17,798 bases of DNA from Minisyncoccota bacterium (GTDB lineage: Bacteria > Patescibacteriota > Minisyncoccia > 2-02-FULL-40-12 > GWA2-44-9). The notes below the pieces were generated by a model. That model had not been told where the DNA came from and searched no databases. It saw only the letters and a list, made by a program, of their open reading frames with translations. This document shows positions 14,943-17,798 of the stretch, piece by piece; within the stretch, counting starts at the first letter, position 1, and the number at the start of each line of letters is the position of its first letter. Position numbers and translations under genes: made by a program. The stretch is taken from NCBI GenBank assembly GCA_017992005.1, contig JAGOPO010000016.1, forward strand, positions 1 through 17,798, in the 5' to 3' direction.

Positions 14943-14972
14943 AAGCCCCGATTTGTTCGGGGCTTTTCTTTT
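14943..14972 (+). terminator. Rho-independent terminator after the mini-gene
   Basis: AAGCCCCG-atttgtt-CGGGGCTT followed by TTCTTTT. Confidence 0.65.
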
Positions 14973-15137
14973 GGGCGTAGATGTGGTATTCTCATTGGGC
15001 TTTCAATCGCCCTCAATAGGCGTTGGAAACGTATAAAACTCAATGATTTGTTCGATAGTGTGGCGTGTGGGGCCCCTTGGGACCCAGAGACGCGCCTACC
15101 CCCGCGAGGGAAGCACAGCATCGAGCACGAATTATTC

Positions 15138-15830
15138 ATGGCAGATTCAGAATTGATAGCGTATGAGGAGATGTTGCAGGCAGGTATGCACTTCGGTCGT
15201 AAGCGTACTGTGTTTAACCCAAAAATGGGCAAGTACGTGTATTCCGTTCGCGATGGCATCTGCTTGATTGATTTGCTCAAGACTCAGGAGGCATTAGGTG
15301 TTTCAATCGCTGCGTTGAGTGAGGTGCTGCAGGGCGGTGGTCTCGCGCTGTTTGTGGCGCCTACCAAGCAGGCACAGGAGACGATTCGAGAGCTTGCTGA
15401 TGCAACCAATATGCCATACGTGCTCGACCGTTGGATTGGTGGCACGCTCACGAATTTCAAGAACATTAATAGCCGCGTGAAGCGTCTTATCCAGCTCGAA
15501 GAAGAGAAGGCAGCTGGCGTATGGGAGAAGTTCACCAAAAAGGAGCAGCTCGATCTTGATCGTGAGATGGCGGAAATGAAGCGAAATTTTGAAGGACTCA
15601 AGAAGCTCACACGCATGCCGGATGTTGTATTTGTCGCATCTGTGAAGGAAGGAGCGCTCCCCATCCATGAGGCAAAAAAGATGGGCGTGAAAATCATCGC
15701 AATTGCCAATACAGACGGAAATCCAGCTGGTCTCTTGAATGTCATCCCGGCCAATGATCGCTCGAAGAAGTCAGTTGATTTGATTATTCGTGCTATCACG
15801 AAGAACGTTGACGTTCAGCCAAAGGCGTAA
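15138..15830 (+). CDS. rpsB: 30S ribosomal protein S2 (about 230 aa)
   Basis: MADSELIAYEEMLQAGMHFGRKRTVFNPKMGKYVYSVRDGICLIDLLKT matches the S2 N-terminus (MLKAGVHFGHQTRYWNPKM in E. coli), and LDRWIGGTLTNFK matches the conserved S2 core. The track ORF start at 15048 adds a non-homologous extension; the ATG at 15138 is used. Confidence 0.9.
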   Translation: MADSELIAYEEMLQAGMHFGRKRTVFNPKMGKYVYSVRDGICLIDLLKTQEALGVSIAALSEVLQGGGLALFVAPTKQAQETIRELADATNMPYVLDRWIGGTLTNFKNINSRVKRLIQLEEEKAAGVWEKFTKKEQLDLDREMAEMKRNFEGLKKLTRMPDVVFVASVKEGALPIHEAKKMGVKIIAIANTDGNPAGLLNVIPANDRSKKSVDLIIRAITKNVDVQPKA

Positions 15831-15863
15831 GCGAGATAGTGTAGTATACTAATTGATATAATC

Positions 15864-16316
15864 ATGAGTGACGTTGCAATCATCAAGGAGCTTCGAGACG
15901 AGACAGGACTTTCGTTCGACAAGATAAAGTCCGCGTTAACTGAAGCGGGAGGCGACAAGGCGAAAGCACTTGAAGTGCTCAAGAGTCAGGCCGGTGCTGC
16001 TGCGGCAAAGAAATCTGATCGTGCGGTGAAAGACGGAGCGATCGGTTCGTATATTCATAGCACCGGAAAGGTTGGTGCAATGGTGAGTATCGGATGCGAA
16101 ACTGATTTCGTTGCTCGTAATGACGACTTCAAGGCGCTTGCGAGGGATTTGGCGATGCATGCGAGCGCGATGCGACCTGAGTCTGCGGAGGAGATGCTCG
16201 CACAGCAGTTCGTCAAAGAGCCAGAGATAACCGTTCAGGATGTTATCAACCGTGCGATTGCCAAACTTGGCGAGAATATTCAGCTCGCCGGCGTTTCGGT
16301 GCTCGTAATCGGATAA
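15864..16316 (+). CDS. tsf: Elongation factor Ts, short form (150 aa)
   Basis: IKELRDETGLSFDKIKSAL is the UBA-like N-terminal domain. IGCETDFVARNDDFKALARDL matches the CQTDFVAKD core motif. It lies immediately downstream of rpsB, the canonical rpsB-tsf arrangement. Confidence 0.85.
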   Translation: MSDVAIIKELRDETGLSFDKIKSALTEAGGDKAKALEVLKSQAGAAAAKKSDRAVKDGAIGSYIHSTGKVGAMVSIGCETDFVARNDDFKALARDLAMHASAMRPESAEEMLAQQFVKEPEITVQDVINRAIAKLGENIQLAGVSVLVIG

Positions 16317-16319
16317 TCT

Positions 16320-16958
16320 GTGTTTCTCATTTTTCCGTTATTGATTGCGTTGGTCTCACTACTCGCTATGGCGTTTGTGGTGTATCGCAAGATGCCATAC
16401 TTGCGCAAGCTTGCGCCCGAGTCCCACCCGGCTGGGCAAACAATCGTGCATGAATACGCACCTGAGGTTGTAGATTGGGCGGTGAGTATTCCGTGGAGAC
16501 AGTATATGCGCAATGCGCTCGTTGAAATTGAGAAATTACTTCGCAAGGGTCGGCTGTTGATGTCGGCAATCGATCGAGCGTCTGATACGGTGATACGCAA
16601 GGTACGACGTGTCCATATAGAAACAGCCAAGCAACACGAGGCTATCGTGGCGCATCGCCAAGAAGAGGAGGCTCGCCTTGCCGAAGAGCCGGATGAGATC
16701 GACTTGGATGACCCCGAGCAACTTCGACAGGAGGAACAGCGGTTGATTGTTGCCATTGCACAGAATCCCAAAGACGTAGAGCAGATTATCCGTCTTGCAC
16801 GAGTGTATATGCGATTACAGGCGTACGCAGACGCTATTGAAGCATTCGAGGCTGCGGCGAAGCTTCTCCCTGACGAGGCGAGTATCCAGAAGCGACTAAA
16901 ACGTGCTCGTGAGTTGCTGCAGCAACAGGTAAGCGCCCAGGCACCCGAGAGTCTTTGA
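16320..16958 (+). CDS. Hypothetical membrane-anchored protein (212 aa): N-terminal TM helix followed by a charged coiled-coil/TPR-like region
   Basis: GTG start 4 nt after the tsf stop. LIFPLLIALVSLLAMAFVVY is a TM helix. The remainder is a Glu/Arg/Leu/Ala-rich helical region (AYADAIEAFEAAAKLL is TPR-like). No recognised family. Confidence 0.5.
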   Translation: MFLIFPLLIALVSLLAMAFVVYRKMPYLRKLAPESHPAGQTIVHEYAPEVVDWAVSIPWRQYMRNALVEIEKLLRKGRLLMSAIDRASDTVIRKVRRVHIETAKQHEAIVAHRQEEEARLAEEPDEIDLDDPEQLRQEEQRLIVAIAQNPKDVEQIIRLARVYMRLQAYADAIEAFEAAAKLLPDEASIQKRLKRARELLQQQVSAQAPESL

Positions 16959-16982
16959 TATTTCTCGTTCTTGAGGTATAAT
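16955..16982 (+). promoter_or_regulatory. Candidate promoter for the tRNA cluster (TTGATA, 16 nt spacer, TATAAT)
   Basis: TTGATA at 16955-16960 and a perfect TATAAT at 16977-16982, about 37 nt upstream of the tRNA-Thr 5' end. It overlaps the stop codon of the upstream CDS. Confidence 0.45.
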
Positions 16983-17018
16983 CGCGTAGCTATCCGTGTG
17001 ATAGCGTTTCAGCTTCAC

Positions 17019-17090
17019 GCCGGCGTAGCTCAGTGGTAGAGCAACTGTTTTGTAAACAGTAGGTCGTCAGTTCAATCCTGACCGCCGGCT
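17019..17090 (+). tRNA. tRNA-Thr (anticodon UGU)
   Basis: Cloverleaf folded by hand. Acceptor GCCGGCG/CGCCGGC, D-stem GCTC/GAGC, anticodon stem ACTGT/ACAGT with loop TTTGTAA (anticodon TGT), T-arm GTCAG-TTCAATC-CTGAC. No encoded CCA. Confidence 0.85.
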
Positions 17091-17106
17091 CAGGGATTCA
17101 CAAAAC

Positions 17107-17190
17107 GGGGGTGTGGTGGAGTGGTCAATCACAACAGACTGTAAATCTGTCGGCCTTAGGCCTACGTAGGTTCGAATCCTACCGCCCCCA
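17107..17190 (+). tRNA. tRNA-Tyr (anticodon GUA), type II with a long variable arm
   Basis: Acceptor GGGGGTG/CGCCCCC with one G.U pair. Anticodon stem ACAGA/TCTGT with loop CTGTAAA (anticodon GTA). Variable arm GGCC-TTA-GGCC. T-arm GTAGG-TTCGAAT-CCTAC. No encoded CCA. Confidence 0.85.
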
Positions 17191-17212
17191 CATGTTCACG
17201 AAGAGAACATCG

Positions 17213-17449
17213 ATGTACTACGTCTATATCTTGCGTTGTAGGGGAAATAAGCTCTACACTGGTATCGCGAAAGATGTCGAGTCGCGGTTTCTGCAGCATC
17301 AGAGAGGCAAGGGTGCTCGCTTCACGCGAGCGCATCCACCCGAGAGTATTGCCTATTGCGAGTCCGTGGCGACGCGATCCGATGCGCTGAAGCGTGAGTA
17401 TGCGGTTAAACAGTTGAGTCATCAGCAGAAGTTACAGCTTGTTTCATAG
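17213..17449 (+). CDS. GIY-YIG nuclease family protein, YhbQ/UPF0213-like (about 78 aa)
   Basis: MYYVYILRCRGNKLYTGIAKDVESRFLQHQRGKGARFT...KREYAVKQLSHQQKLQLV closely parallels E. coli YhbQ ([36 protein letters not shown]...RAEYRVKQLTKRQKERLV). A GAAGAGA purine tract precedes the ATG at 17213. An in-frame ATG at 17192 lies 2 nt after the tRNA-Tyr 3' end. The track ORF start at 17111 overlaps tRNA-Tyr and is rejected. Confidence 0.75.
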   Translation: MYYVYILRCRGNKLYTGIAKDVESRFLQHQRGKGARFTRAHPPESIAYCESVATRSDALKREYAVKQLSHQQKLQLVS

Positions 17450-17451
17450 AT

Positions 17452-17526
17452 GCCGTTGTGGCTCAGTGGTAGAGCAGCTTCTTGGTAAGAAGCAGGTCGT
17501 GAGTTCGATTCTCACCAACGGCTCCA
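17452..17526 (+). tRNA. tRNA-Thr (anticodon GGU), with an encoded 3' CCA
   Basis: Acceptor GCCGTTG/CAACGGC, D-stem GCTC/GAGC, anticodon stem GCTTC/GAAGC with loop TTGGTAA (anticodon GGT), T-arm GTGAG-TTCGATT-CTCAC, discriminator T followed by CCA. Confidence 0.85.
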
Positions 17527-17578
17527 GTATTGTCAGAATCGTAAAGTCGTGCTAGAGTGCACAAGCTAAATCAACACC

Positions 17579-17743
17579 ATGTCCCAAGACAATCTTCTTC
17601 GATTGAAATGTCAAAAGTGCAAGAGCGCAAACTACTACACCTCAAAGAACAAAAAGAAGGTGGAGCGCAAGCTGGAATACAAGAAATTTTGCAAAATGTG
17701 CCGGAAGACAACTCCCCACAAAGAAGCAAAGATGACTGGCTAA
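17579..17743 (+). CDS. rpmG: 50S ribosomal protein L33 (54 aa)
   Basis: MSQDNLLRLKCQKCKSANYYTSKNKKKVERKLEYKKFCKMCRKTTPHKEAKMTG shows the L33 pattern: CxxC...NYxTxKNK...LELKKFCxxCxKHTxHKE. It lies in a different frame from the spurious 17557..17775 track ORF. Confidence 0.85.
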   Translation: MSQDNLLRLKCQKCKSANYYTSKNKKKVERKLEYKKFCKMCRKTTPHKEAKMTG

Positions 17744-17750
17744 TCACAAG

Positions 17751-17771
17751 ATCCCCGCAAGGGGATTTTTG
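17751..17771 (+). terminator. Rho-independent terminator after rpmG
   Basis: ATCCCC-gcaa-GGGGAT followed by TTTTT. Confidence 0.6.
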
Positions 17772-17798
17772 GTAATAAAAAAGACCGCTGGGCGAACC

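Noticed and set aside
15048-15137. Upstream extension of the rpsB ORF
   Set aside because: The extension has no similarity to S2. The conserved S2 N-terminus begins at the ATG at 15138.
17111-17212. Upstream extension of the GIY-YIG ORF (track start 17111, or the ATG at 17192)
   Set aside because: 17111-17190 is the tRNA-Tyr gene itself. Homology to YhbQ begins at MYYVYIL (17213), which also has a purine-rich tract upstream.
1-17798. CRISPR arrays, IS elements, integrases, and phage or toxin-antitoxin genes
   Set aside because: No short direct repeat-spacer arrays, terminal inverted repeats, or transposase/integrase-like ORFs were seen. The only tandem repeats are intragenic protein-module repeats.

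Overview
This 17.8-kb window comes from a bacterial chromosome with moderate, uneven GC content. TGA, TAA and TAG are all used as stops, there are rho-independent terminators, and Shine-Dalgarno motifs appear on only some genes. A short EF-Ts, an RF1 lacking its N-terminal domain, and very large repeat-rich surface proteins hint at an uncultivated lineage, but that is a low-confidence impression.

Most of the window is core translation machinery: fba, L25/Ctc, RF1, L31, S2, EF-Ts, L33, and a tRNA-Thr/tRNA-Tyr/tRNA-Thr cluster. Two accessory modules are embedded in it.

1. An apparent operon at about 2024-9363. It encodes a 1,972-aa secreted multidomain protein (PKD-like, Ig-like and FN3-like modules, with a tandem A-A-B-B-A-A-B repeat array), then a small secreted protein that is only a signal peptide, a Pro/Thr/poly-Gly linker and a canonical two-segment dockerin, then a cohesin-like protein with a C-terminal multi-pass membrane anchor. 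This looks like a cohesin-dockerin surface-assembly cassette.

2. A full-length (908 aa) homolog of the eukaryotic major vault protein at 11989-14715. It has MVP repeat, shoulder and cap-helix regions and clear similarity to human MVP in several segments. It carries its own Shine-Dalgarno site and terminator, has a GC-richer composition than its neighbours, and sits between rpmE/prfA and rpsB/tsf. This candidate bacterial vault particle gene is the most striking feature.

Other points worth a second look:
- RF1 (prfA) lacks domain 1.
- A promoter/RBS/terminator-bounded mini-gene encodes a 37-aa hydrophobic peptide.
- A YhbQ-like GIY-YIG nuclease gene sits inside the tRNA cluster.
- A 19-bp perfect hairpin acts as a bidirectional terminator.
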